Source: Callorhinchus milii (lineage: Eukaryota). Taken from it: DNA of 64,000 bases. Of the stretch, positions 40,301-51,951 are shown in pieces. A program made the translations under genes and the position numbers. The first letter of the stretch is position 1. The number at the start of each line of letters is the position of its first letter. Below the pieces are notes generated by a model that was given only the letters and a program-made list of their open reading frames with translations, was not told where the DNA came from and did not search any database. The stretch lies in contig NW_024704742.1 in assembly GCF_018977255.1 (NCBI RefSeq), positions 138,510,001 through 138,574,000 of the forward strand. The letters are read 5' to 3'.

Positions 40301-43300
40301 TGGGAAACTGGTTCAGAGCAAGACTGGGGTGGTACGGGGGGAGGAAGGTGGCAAGTCCCCTTTAAAGCATAACAGATGGTGAGAGATGCCACCGCGTTCC
40401 TACCTCGGTGGATGTATTTCCATCAACCTGAGAGAGGGAGAGAGAGACAGAAAAAAAAAAGACACACACATGTCAACCACTGGTGGTCTCACACAACACT
40501 CCCAAACAAGACTCAACTAGGAATCCTCCCCCTCAGCTCCCGTTACCCCCGCAGCCAAAGCCCTAACTAACGGGGAGGGTGGTCCTCGCTGGACAAGCAG
40601 CGGGAAAGCTGGTCAGACAGTGATCTCAATGGCCGAGCTGTGTGGGTTTAGCGGGTTACACTCCAGCAACAACACGTTACATTTACACATCACCTTTCAC
40701 GTCAGGAGGACGTCCCAAGGCGCTGGACAGTCAGGGATTTGGACCCGAGGGGTAGGAGGGCAGTCGAAGAGGAGGGTCTTGAGACTCAGCTACCCCTAGC
40801 AATTACCCCAACACACACTCTGGGGTCCCCAAGTCTTGGCTCTTGCCAACGTGTGGCTAATACTCTCTGGGATTACGGTCGGCAAGTGCAGTGTAGAGAG
40901 AGAGAGCTCGGGGGCTGTGCCCAGGAACCTAACTGACGGTATATAGAGTACGGGGGACACTTTAAGGTCTCAGCTCAGAGTTGGGGGAGTGGTGGGGGGT
41001 GTGTGAGGGGTTGCATTGTGAATCAATATATTGGAGTTGGAGTGACGAGACTCTCTAACACAGAGTGAGTGTGAGTGTCTCTCCCCCACACGCTACCAGC
41101 AGGACACCTTGAAGTTCCTCACCTCTGCTGCCCACCCTGTACCCCCTCGCCTCCCCCCCCCCTCACCTCTGGCTTGGATTCCGTTTCCTCCTTTTTCTTC
41201 ATGTTGAAGATCAATTGGAAAAGATCTTTCAGATCCACCACCAGTGACTCCGCCTGAGGCAATAGGTCATAATAATAATCCTGGCATTTGATACAGCGTC
41301 TTATCACATCTTCGAGACGCCTCAAAGCGCTTCACAGAATATACTGTAAACTGTAGTGACTGTATATTTTGTGGGTGAAACACGGCAGCCAATTGCGCAC
41401 GGCAGAGTCCCACAAACACTCGTGGATTGAGTGACCCCATTATTATTATTATTAATTTTTTTTGAAGGGATTAACACCCCCGGAAAAGTGATCCGTCAAT
41501 TGACTAACAACCGGGTTCCTACTGACTTCTGGTAAACAGAGGCGTGTGGAGTGAGGAAACTGCCCAATGTTGCGCCCCCTGCCCGGGAATCGAACCCAGG
41601 TCCTCTCGCTTGCGAGACGAGGGCTCTAACTACTGAGCTACAGAACTCTACAGTTTAGGGGGGGTGGAGGGGAGGGGGTGGAGGGGGAGTGAAGAGAGAT
41701 TGGGAGAGAACAAGTTGACTGTGTGACCAGCAATGAATACCCACCTGTTGAGCAGTCTTGATGGCCAGGAACTGGTGCTGCCCCGAAGCTCCACACACAT
41801 AACCAAATGCACGGTTATCAGTAACATCCCGAGCGATGAAGGAGATCTTGTCCACAGAGTGTTCGTGCTCTATCACCTGAGAGAGAGAGAGAGTCAGTGA
41901 CTCCAATCCCTGGAGAAAGGGGACATTGCAGAGGTAGGGGGGAGCAAATCCATGGAGGGCTTTAGTGGGGAGCGCACACACACACACACATACAGCCACT
42001 CAGAGACACAGACGCACACAGTCCCATACACATGCACAGCCATCCAGAGACACAGACACACACCCACACTGAGATACAGACACACACCCACACACAGCCA
42101 CAGCCGCCCAGCACTTACTCCTGTCTTCTCATCGATGATCCTGATGCCCCCCATGGAGATGTTAACCCAGATTCTCTGCTTGTGCAAACCTTGAGAGCGA
42201 GCAGCGATAGCCATTCCCTGGGACAACAGAGACAACGTTACTGTCCATACAGACCCTCACCCACCTCACACCCCCACAGCCCCTCACCCACCTCACACCC
42301 CCACAGTCCTCCCCCCCCACCACACCCGCAGCCCTGCCCGCCCACACAGCCCCCCGCATGCCCCCCCCGCCCCCGCATGTCCACCCACACCCCCCCCCCG
42401 CCCCTGCACACACACAGCCCCACCCCTCACACACAGCGCCCCCCACCCCTCACACACAGCGCCCCCCCTTGCCCGGAAATCGAACCCAGGCCTCTCGCAT
42501 GCGAGGCGAGGGCTGTAACCACTGAGCCACAGGGACTCCATCTAACAGCAGAGTCTCCTCACTTTGAGCTTCATCATGGAGTCCTGGCACATCTTGTCCC
42601 CCCGAGCCTCGCACACCTCATCCACACCGATCAGTTTGGCCTTATACCTCACCCCATCACCCTTAAAGCGGGTCAGCAGGTACTCCTCGGTCTTCTCCGA
42701 CCCTGACAGACGACAAGGCACTCACTTAGCCCCTCGCTACAGCGAGAGAGAGACAGAGACACATGTCTGACACACACACACACCCGTCACCGTGACCAAC
42801 CGGGTGTCTGTCACACACAAACCCATCACCGTGACCAGCCGGGTGTCTGTCACACACACACACACACCCATCACCGTGACCAGCCGGGTGTCTGACACAC
42901 ACACAAACCCATCACCATGACCAGCCGGGTGTCTGACACACACACAAACCCATCACCGTGACCAGCCGGGTGTCTGACACACACACACAAACCCATCACC
43001 GTGACCAGCCGGGTGTCTGACACACACACACACCCATCACCGTGACCAGCCGGGTGTCTGACACACACACAAACCCATCACCGTGACCAGCCGGGTGTCT
43101 GTCACACACACAAACCATCACCGTGACCAGCCGGGTGTCTGACACACACACAAACCCATCACAGTGACCATTCGGGTGTTTGATACACACACAAACCATC
43201 ACCATGACCAGCCGGGTGTCTGTCAAACACACAAACCCATCACCATGACCAGCCGGGTGTCTGACACACACGCAAACCCATCACCGTGACCAGCCGGGTG

Positions 43301-46284
43301 TCTGACACACACACACACACACACACACACCCGTCACCGTGACCAGCCGGGTGTCTGACACACACACAAACCCGTCACCGTGACCAGCCGGGTGTCTGTC
43401 ACACACACAAACCATCACCGTGACCAGCCGGGTGTCTGTCACACACACAAACCATCACCGTGACCAGCCGGGTGTCTGACACACACACAAACCCATCACC
43501 GTGACCAGCCGGGTGTCTGACACACACACAAACCCATCACCGTGACCAGCCGGGTGTCTGACACACACACAAACCCATCACCGTGACCAGCCGGGTGTCT
43601 GACACACACACAACCCCATCACCTTGACCAGCCGGGTGTCTGACACACACACACACACACAAACCCATCACCGTGACCTGTCGGGTGTCTGACACATACA
43701 CACACACAAACCCATCACCGTGACCAGCCGGGTGTCTGTCACACACACAAACCCATCACCGTGACCAGCCGGGTGTCTGACACTCACACACACACCCGTC
43801 ACCGTGACCAGCCGGGTGTCTGTCACACACACAAACCATCACCGTGACCAGCCGGGTGTCTGTCACACACACAAACCCATCACCGTGACCAGCCGGGTGT
43901 CTGACACACACACACCCATCACCGTGACCAGCCGGGTGTCTGACACACACACACACCCATCACCGTGACCAGCCGGGTGTCTGACACACACACACACCCA
44001 TCACCGTGACCAGCCGGGTGTCTGACACACACACAAACCCGTCACCGTAGCTCAAGAGTCTCCAAACTAAGCTGAAAATTCCCTCAGTTTGGGGAATCTC
44101 AGATTGTTGGCCACACACACGAGCAGAGATGGTCACATTTTACACAGGAAATAATAAAAACAACAATAATCCTTGATACGGCCCCTGATCACATCTTCGA
44201 GACGTCTCAAAGCGCTTCACCGAATATACTGTAAAGCGTAGTGACTGTGCATTTTGTGGGCGAAACGCAGCAGCCAATTGCGCACAGCAGCGACCCACAA
44301 ACAGCCGTGGATTGAGTGACCAAATTATCATTATTAAAAAACATTTTTTTGTGAGGGATTATTGCCCCCGGGAAAAGTGAATCCGCCAGTCGACTAACAA
44401 CCGGGTTCCTACTGACTGCTGGGATCGAACCCTCTTCGCTGACACTGCCCCACACACAGCGGACAACAGTCACCGAGGTTACAGTTGGCAGCCGACTGAG
44501 CTTTGAACCAATATAAAGGCCAGACCCGCTGCACCCTCTAGCGGGATCGCTCATTATTAACTGCAGTGTTGTGGGTGAACGCAGAAGCCAATTAATAATA
44601 ATAATAATTTTTTCAGGGGAGGATTTATTATTCCCAGAAAGTGATCCGCCACTCGACTCACATCCCGGTTCCTACCGACTGCTGGTAAACAGAGGTGTGT
44701 GGAGTAAGGAAACTTGCCTAAGGTTTTGCTCTGCCCGGGAATCGAACCCGGGTCTCTCTCTTGCGAGGGAGGGCTCTAACCCCCGAGCTACAGGACTCCA
44801 CTCAAACACGTGGTAAATAATGGGACATCGCTGGGTGTTGAGAGTCGGTGACCGCACTTCATAGGGAATCCTGTGAAAGGTGCGAATCTAATTCAATATC
44901 ATTTTATTACAATAATAAATGTGATATCGCCACCTTATCACATCACGAGTGTCTGAGCGCTTCACCGCATGTACTGTGCAGTGTAGTGACTATTGTGTAG
45001 GCGAATGTGGCGGCCATTTTGCTCACAGCGACGTCCCAGAAACAGCCGTGACGAGTGTATCTGGGGCACTGTCGGCCAGGACAACAGGAGAAACTCCCTT
45101 CTCCTTTCCTGTCAGTGTAGTGGGACCTTTCATGTCCTTTAAAAAACAGACAGGACTTTGGTTTAATGTCTTGTGCAAAGGGCGGCCTCTGGCAATGACC
45201 AACGTGTGGCTCAAACACACGGATTGGCGGCCATGTTCAGACAGTCACTGCACTTGACAGCAACTGTTGGAAAATCTCAATGAGGTGAGTAGGGACCACA
45301 TCAAATGCAAGGATTATAGTCTTATGCCAGAGTTCATCACACAGAAGATATAGTTCAAGATCCTGGTCCTCACCTTTAAAGCCCTCCATGGCCTCACTCC
45401 CCCCATCTTTGCGTCAACCTAACCCCTACCATCCTGCCCGTTCCCTCTGCTCAGCGGGCTCTGCTTCATGTCCCGCACCTCGCCCTCTCCTTTGCCTCCT
45501 TCAAGACTGGTCTCAAAACCCTCCTCTTCGACAGTGCCTTTGGCACCCCCCCATCACCCCCTGCCCTCTACCCTCCCTGATCCCGACCCCCAGCTCGGGT
45601 CTGTGGGATGGAGTTCGAAAAGGTGGGGGCAGAGGCCGAAGGGTGGTGGAGGCGGGGGGGGTGGGGTGATGGGGTCGGGGAGCCTGGTGGGGGTGAGGAC
45701 GGGGGTGATGGGGTCACGGAGCCTGGTGGGGGTGAGGATGGGGGTGATGGGGTCGGGGAGCCTGGTGGGGGTGAGGACGGGGGTGATGGGGTCACGGAGC
45801 CTGGTGGGGGCAAGGATGGGGGTGATAGGGTCATGGAGCCTAGTGGGGGTGAGGATGGGGGTGATGGGGTGGGGGTGAAGACGTGGGCTGCAGAGTTAGT
45901 TCTGGATGATCTACAGCCTGTGGAGGGAGGAGTTGGGGGCTGACAGGCAGGGAGGTGGTGTAGTCGAGCTGAAATGGGAAGAATGAGGGTTCAGCGGCCT
46001 GAGGGGTGAGGCAGTGGCAGAGCCGGGCGAGGTTGCGGAGGTGAGGGCAGACAGAGCGAGTTATCACACACACACACACACACACGCACACAGAGTCTGG
46101 TTTCATGTCAATTGACCTGGTTTGACCCACCTCGTTTTTTGTCCTTCTTGATCTTTGTGGGAGTGTCCCCCTGGGTGGGGGCTGGGGGGCTTGTCTGGGC
46201 AGGGGAGATGGGCAGGGCGGGGGTCTGGGCGGGGGCACTGGCCACTGAGGGGCCCCCAACGCTGATCTCTGGAACTTCAGACAT
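30809..46284 (-). CDS. DAB2: Disabled homolog 2 (clathrin adaptor), spliced CDS span; 3' end not found in window
   Basis: Eleven exons join in frame (154+140+99+132+87+24+60+63+555+139+567 = 2020 nt). They encode a PTB/PID domain with DAB2-type [18 protein letters not shown] and VIEHEH, followed by [16 protein letters not shown] motifs, PPQPPPR and [13 protein letters not shown]. Confidence 0.97.
31846..31984 (-). CDS. DAB2: DAB2 exon 11 ([19 protein letters not shown]...TLASP-G)
   Basis: 139 nt, phase 0-1, exactly bridging exons 10 and 12; (ct)n cag|TCT ... CCAG|gtagga. Confidence 0.85.
33786..34340 (-). CDS. DAB2: DAB2 exon 10, large central (p96-type) exon
   Basis: 555 nt, phase 0-0; ccatccag|GAC ... 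AAG|gtgact. Encodes [24 protein letters not shown] and [14 protein letters not shown]. Confidence 0.93.
35200..35345 (+). mobile_element. Penelope-like-element-derived short repeat containing a hammerhead-like motif
   Basis: ctgatgaaaggtc..gaaa..tctcca.agatgctg.ctgacctgctg..gatttccagcatccgcagta; resembles a repeat common in cartilaginous fish (recalled, not searched). Confidence 0.65.
35206..35242 (+). ncRNA. Minimal type I hammerhead ribozyme motif (possibly decayed)
   Basis: agtt-CTGATGA-a-aggtc(att)gacct-GAAA-t-GTC-gact gives both catalytic boxes, stem II, stem I and a GUC triplet. Confidence 0.6.
36640..37025 (-). mobile_element. tRNA-derived SINE, major subfamily (representative of >30 copies or fragments)
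   Basis: Other copies at about 1535-1880, 7290-7580, 8563-8890, 19390-19690, 22820-23080, 23558-23895, 24655-24960 and 38653-39005 (+); and 5980-6297, 18470-18835, 30478-30715, 33275-33590, 37530-37900, 41270-41650, 44160-44430, 44570-44800, 47690-47995, 49275-49530, 50170-50525, 51970-52285, 53520-53855 and 60330-60605 (-). Confidence 0.92.
37385..37447 (-). CDS. DAB2: DAB2 exon 9 ([21 protein letters not shown])
   Basis: 63 nt; gacag|AGC ... TCG|gtaagg; contains the DAB-family [10 protein letters not shown] motif. Confidence 0.96.
38499..38558 (-). CDS. DAB2: DAB2 exon 8 ([20 protein letters not shown])
   Basis: 60 nt; ttacag|AAC ... AGT|gtaagt; resembles human NGSEALMILDDQ. Confidence 0.92.
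39000..39320. repeat. Degenerate AT-rich repeat continuing from a SINE tail
   Basis: Recurrent attattaaattgtaat-like units directly after ..aatgcaaggattatt. Confidence 0.85.
40404..40427 (-). CDS. DAB2: DAB2 exon 7 microexon (VDGNTSTE)
   Basis: 24 nt, phase 0-0; long polypyrimidine tract then cag|GTT ... GAG|gtagga. Positionally equivalent to the short human exon; no real sequence similarity. Confidence 0.7.
41167..41253 (-). CDS. DAB2: DAB2 exon 6 ([29 protein letters not shown])
   Basis: 87 nt; cctcag|GCG ... GAG|gtgagg; end of the PTB domain. Confidence 0.96.
41745..41876 (-). CDS. DAB2: DAB2 exon 5 ([44 protein letters not shown])
   Basis: 132 nt; (ct)n cag|GTG ... CAG|gtgggt. Confidence 0.97.
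42119..42217 (-). CDS. DAB2: DAB2 exon 4 ([33 protein letters not shown])
   Basis: 99 nt; cccag|GGA ... GGA|gtaagt; lies within ORF 41894..42235. Confidence 0.97.
42563..42702 (-). CDS. DAB2: DAB2 exon 3 ([47 protein letters not shown]), PTB domain
   Basis: 140 nt; tgtcag|GG ... AAA|gtgagg; strongly conserved DAB PTB sequence. Not represented in the ORF track. Confidence 0.97.
42764..44048. repeat. ~40-bp (CA)n-containing minisatellite, array 2, about 30 units
   Basis: Same unit as array 1, with variable CA number. Confidence 0.96.
46131..46284 (-). CDS. DAB2: DAB2 first coding exon ([11 protein letters not shown]...[12 protein letters not shown]); exon starts at 46290
   Basis: Acceptor ctctccag|ATCACCATG, donor CGAG|gtgggt, phase 1. 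The basic patch matches the human KKEKKKG exon end. Confidence 0.9.
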
Positions 46285-46779
46285 GGTGATCTGGAGAGAG
46301 ATAGAGAGAGACTGTGAGACACAGAGAGAGAGAGAGAGACTCAAAACTCCTACTTTCCCCCTCCTTCCCCATCTTCAGATAAAGCCTAAAGACCTCTCTC
46401 TTCAACGGTGCCTCCAGTCACCTCCCCCCAGTCTCGGAGTCATGCTCCGCCACTGTCGAGCGCTCTGGGACGCTGCCCTATATGACGGGCGCTGTTTAAA
46501 AGTTGTTGTTGTGATACACTGAGAGGGATGGAGAGAGAGAGATTATGGAGAGAGAGAGAGAGGAGATTGGCTTCCGTGACCTCTGGAGTCCAGTGGTTGA
46601 GAGACTTGTTACACGTACTCACTGGGATCTGAAAGACAAAGAGAGTGCGAGAGAGCGAGAGAGAGAGAGAGGGAAAGAGAGTGTGAGGGAAAGAGTTTGA
46701 GAACGAGAGAGAATGTGTGTGTGAGAGGCACTGGACATTGAAGGGCCCCTCAGAATAATTATTATTATCTTGTATTGAA

Positions 46780-47045
46780 CAGTAGAACCAGGGGACATGG
46801 CCTGAGATTAAAGGGGGGAAATTCAGAGCAAATCTGCAGAGGAGGAACTTCAGGGAGCGAGGAGCAAATTTATGGAACAGGCTCCCTCGGGAGACGGACG
46901 CTGGGAGCAGAAAATGTCGTTCGTTTCGAGAACAAATGAGGTAGATTTCTGTTAGAAAATAACAGAGTATAGTTTGAGAACAAGACATGTCGAGCGACTG
47001 CCAGGATGGCGGAAGACGAAGGGCCTGGACCTTAGTCTTCCTTCT
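46780..47045 (+). mobile_element. Second CR1-like family, 3' end
   Basis: agaaccaggggacat..aaattcag..tggaacaggct followed by a tail tagtttg.ga.a.gacatgtc.agcgactgccaggatgg. Related pieces at ~12190-12310, 31415-31492, 34465-34970, 35065-35195 and 55820-56000. Confidence 0.7.
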
Positions 47046-50000
47046 CAGTCTCGTCCTCGCCTTCAAAGCCCTCCACGGCTTAGCTCCTCCCTACCTGCTG
47101 ACCCCATATCAACCTGTCGACCCACCCTCTTGAACTCCATCCCACAGTCCCCTCGTCTCGCTCCCTCCCTCCCTCGTTTCCTTCAAGGCACATCTCGAGA
47201 CCCTCCTCTTTGATCGGGAACTTCGGTCACCCTCCTACCCCCACCCACCCTACTCTCCACCCCTCCCCGATCCCGACCCCCAGCTCGGGTCCAAATCCCT
47301 GATTGTCCAGCGCCTTGGGACCTCCTCCCGACTTGAAAGACTCCGTGTGAATGTCGTTTGCGTTGGTATTGTATGCTTTCCCCAAGCAAACTCTTTATGT
47401 TCTTAGATCAGGTGGACTATCCCAGCTCTCAAACACAAACCAGGCTGGTGTCAGGGGAGTGATTGTGGGGTTAATCCCATTTTATCACCATTTTCTGCGC
47501 TGAATAGTCACTCAGTCCTATTGCACTTCTAAAGGTGGAATAGATTGGTCTCATTAAGACATTTAATCGCAGGCAACTGTAGGTTAACGAGAGAGAGAGA
47601 GAGAGAGAGCGCACAGCAGGTTAAACCCACACTCTCTCTCCTCGCTGCCCGCGATAAACCTCACTGAACTCAGCCAGAGTTCAAACAATAATAATCCTTG
47701 CATTCGACCCTCGAGACGTCTCAAAGCGCTTCACAGGATATTAGTAAAGGGAATCGACTGTACTTTGTGGGTGAAACACAGAGGCCAATTGCGCACAGTA
47801 GCGTCCCATAAACAGCTGTGGATTGAGAGACACAATTTTATTTTGGGGGCTATTACCCCCAGAAAGTGATCCTACAGATTGCTGGTAAACAGAGGAGTCA
47901 GGAAACTTGCCCAGTGTTTCGCTCCAACACAGGAAACAAACCCAGGTCCTCTCACTTGGTGGCGAGGGCTCTAACCCCTGAGCTACAGGGCTCCACGATA
48001 AAAACCACAACAAAAAAAAAATCACCAACCTCAGGCTGAACAACTCAGCGTGCGGACATCAGTGAGTGACAGACCCCCAAATCAGGACCCCCAAAAATGG
48101 TGCACAGAGAGGTGGGGGGAGAGTGTTCAGACAGCGTTGGACAAGCACGCAACAGGATTAGACTCGACCAGACCAGGCGCGCGCGAGAGAGAGAGAGAGA
48201 GAGAAAACGAGAGCCTCCACTACATATTGGCTGTTCAAAGGTTAAAAGATACTCACTCGCTTTCAAAAAAAAACATCAACTTTCAGCATATTTGGGGGAA
48301 AAAAAACAGCGGGAAAAGTGCTGGAGCAGCACTAGAGCAAAGGTAATGAGTAGACTGTAGCCACAACAAGTCTTGAAAGCCAACTCTGATAATAATAAGC
48401 CTTGTGTTTGATACAGTCTTATCACGTCGCCACAGGATAGACTGGAAAGTGTAGTGACTGTGGATTTTGTGGGCGAAACGTGGCAGCCGACAACAACTTG
48501 CACTTATATCGCGCTCTCCACGCCGGGCGGCGTCTCGGAGCTTAACAATGGCGGCGGCCGAGCCAGGGGGGGAGGGGGAGGTGACCGTAGACGCGGTCGA
48601 AGAGGAAGGTCTTCAGGCGCGAACTGACGATGGGGAAGGAGAGGGCGAGGCCAAGGGGTGGAGGGAGGGAGTTCCACAGTTTCGGGGTGCAATGGCTGAA
48701 GGCGCGGCCACCGATGGTGGAGTGGAGGATTCGGGGGACGCGGAGGAGGCCGGAGCCAGTAGAGTGGGTACTGCTGTGGGGGGAGAGGAGGTTAGAGAGA
48801 TGGAGGGGAAGGAATGGAGGGTTTAAACACTAGAGTGAGGATCTGGAAGTGGATCCGCTCCGTGACAGGAGCCAGTGGGGTTTGGCCGGGACTGGAGTAA
48901 TCGGGGACGGGGTTTGGTACGGGTGAGAATGCGGGCGGCGGAGTTTCAATGAGTTAGATTTTGTGGGCATGGAGGAGGGGAGACCGGCGAGGAGGGAGTT
49001 ATTGTCGTCCAGCCGAGAGGTCACAAAGGCACAGACAAGGGTTTCGGCAGCTTTTGGGGTGAGGTATTGTCGGAGACGGGCAACGTGGCGGAGGTGGGAG
49101 AAAGCGGTGCTGGTCAGGGACTGGATGTGGGGGAGGAAGGACAACTGAGGATCGAACCTGACGCCTAAGTCACGCTCGGGTTCAGAGAGTTTTAAGGACA
49201 GGTCGGGTAGGTTGAGGAGGTCGGAACCGCGGGAGTGAAGACATCGACGGGAGCCAAAGGGTATGCCTTCCCATTCGGCACAGCAGAGTCCCACAAACAG
49301 CCATGGATTGAATGACCAAATTATTATTATTTTTTTTATTTTTGAAGGGATTATTACCCCTGGAAAAGTGATCCACCAATCGACTAACAACCGGGTTCCT
49401 ACCGACTGCAGGTAAACGGAGGCGTGTGGAGTGAGGAAACTTGCCCAAGGCTTTGCCCGGCCCGGGAATCGAACCCAGGTCCTCTCGCTTGTGAGTCGAG
49501 GGCTCTAACTCCTGAGCTACAGGACTCCACGGCCATAGGAGTGAGAGAGCGAGCGAGTTAATACAGAGAGTGCCTCACAGAGAGCAGCCTCAGCCAAACT
49601 GGACTGTGTTTGGAGACTGAGAGACTCAAACCCAGACCTTGAACTTTATAATTATAAGGTGGATTAAGGGAGACTGAGGTCAGACAATGTGGTATTAAAT
49701 GGGAGTTTTCCCCCTCATTTCTCCCCCCCCACCTACCGTTGTAAAACTATTTTGGATACAAGTCATCCTCATATCAAGGAGGCACACAGCTCCGCAATTT
49801 AACCCTTTCCTGCTTTTCCCATCGACAACAATCTCACAAGATTTCACTACTCTTTTCTTACTCTCTTCCCGTCCTGTCTGTGCTGGTGCTCGCTTCGCTC
49901 CTCCAGTGGAGCTCTCTACTCTAACCCCATTTCCCCCATAATGATACGATAATGATCTCTATCCATTTCCCTGAAAATGCCATTGAACCATTCATTAACG

Positions 50001-51390
50001 CAGCCAGTTTCCATTGCAGAAGCTGGTTAATTTTAACCCAGTTACTAAAAATTAACCAGGAACAAACAGGAATTGCTTCTATTTGTCTCCAGCCTTGTAA
50101 CTTGAACCAAAGATAAGGGGAGGATGGTGGGGCAGAGGGGAGAGAGAGACAATCCTTGCATCAGACGGTCTATAATAATAATACTTGCATCTGATATAGC
50201 AATTTACCACATCTTCAAGACGTTGCAAAGCTCTTCACAGAATATAAAGTGTAGTGACTGTATATTTTGTGGGTGAAAAGTGGCAGCCAATTGCGCACAG
50301 CAGCGTCCCACAAACAGTCGTGGATTGAGTGACCAAATCAGAATTTTTTTTAAATGGATTATTACCCTCGACAACGAAATCCGCCAATCAACTAACAACA
50401 TGGTTCCTGCTCACTGCTGGTAAACGAGGCGTGTGGAGGAAGGAAACTTGCCTAAGGTTTCGCTCTGCCCGGGAATCGAACCCAGGTCCTCTCGCTTGCG
50501 AGGGCTCTAAACACTGAGCTACAGGTCTAATGGTGAGACTTCTCAAAGCACTTCTCAGGCTCACTGTAAAGTGTAGTGACTTGCTTTGTGGGTCAACATG
50601 GCAGCCCATAATAATAATCCTTGCATTTGGTATTGCGCCTTATCACGTCGGCGAGACGTCTCAAAGCGCTTCACGGAAGACAGTATATAGTAAAGTGGAG
50701 TGACTATTTTGTGAGCACACAGCAATGTCCCACAAAGCTAGGAAGTCAATGAGAGATTTTAATGGGGGAAAGGTAGTCAGCCAGGACACCAGGAGAGAGA
50801 TACAGGGCAAAGGCGGCTGATTGAAGTTGAGGTACAGATCAGCCATGATCTTATAGAATGGCGGAACAGGCTCCAGGGGCTGAATGGCCTCCTCCTGTTT
50901 CTATTTTCCTACCTTTGAATAGCGCCACGAGATCTTTAACGTCTGCCTGAACAGGGCACAGACGAGGAGTGAGGTTTAAAGTCTCACCCGAAAGATGGCG
51001 TCTCTGACAATGCGTCTCTCTCTCTCTGCCCCCAGCGCTGTACTGGAGTGTCAGCCTGGACTGAGAGCTCAGAGACCCCGACGTGGAGGTGGGGCAGGGG
51101 GGCTTGAACCGACAACCTCCGAACTCCAAGGAGGGCACAAAACTACAAGAATTTCAGCATAGAAAGGGACCATTCGGTCCATCATGTCTGGTCATTCAGC
51201 TGCTTTCAGTTACCAGCCGCCCAGGCTGCCAGCGCAAAGGGGCTTAGGCGACAGAAAGGCAAACAGCTCAGGGTATAAATAAGCTCCCAGCTCGAGGCTG
51301 CTGTTTTTAGAAACACAAGTCAGTCAATAAGTATAAAAGTGCTGTAAATAGCAACCACAAGGCTTACTGTATTGTTACAAGTCAATCCCC

Positions 51391-51951
51391 TCAGACACAC
51401 ACACAAACCCATCACCGTGACCAGCCGGGTGTCTGTCACACACACAAACCCATCACCGTGACCAGCCGGGTGTCTGACACACACACAGACCCATCACCGT
51501 GACCAGCCGGGTGTCTGTCACACACACACACCCATCACCGTGACCAGCCGGGTGTCTGTCACACACACACAAACCCATCACCGTGACCAGCCGGGTGTCT
51601 GACACACACACACACCCATCACCGTGACCAGCCGGGTGTCTGTCACACACACACACACCCATCACCGTGACAAGCCGGGTGTCTGTCACACACACACAAA
51701 CCCATCACCGTGACCAGCCGGGTGTCTGTCACACACACAGACCCATCACCGTGACCAGCCGGGTGTCTGACACACACACACACACACACCCATCACCGTG
51801 ACCAGCCGGGTGTCTGACACACACACACACCCATCACCGTGACCAGCCGGGTGTCTGTCACACACACACAAACCCATCACCGTGACCAGCCGGGTGTCTG
51901 TCACACACACAAACCCATCACCGTGACCAGCCGGGTGTCTGTCACACACAC
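51391..51951. repeat. ~40-bp (CA)n-containing minisatellite, array 3
   Basis: Same unit and orientation as arrays 1 and 2. Confidence 0.95.

Noticed and set aside
42764..44048. Regular ~40-bp repeats superficially like a CRISPR array
   Set aside because: The intervening parts are only (CA)n length variants, not unique spacers; no cas genes; vertebrate intron.
30809..46284. Assignment to DAB1 rather than DAB2
   Set aside because: GVRYK and CQDSMMK look DAB1-like, but the N-terminus, exon 4/5 residues, central DPF/NPF exon, C-terminal motifs and FYB1 linkage are DAB2.
50020..50062. HNF1-like palindromes (ggttaattttaacc)
   Set aside because: Spacing is one base short of GTTAATNATTAAC; too weak to call without chromatin data.
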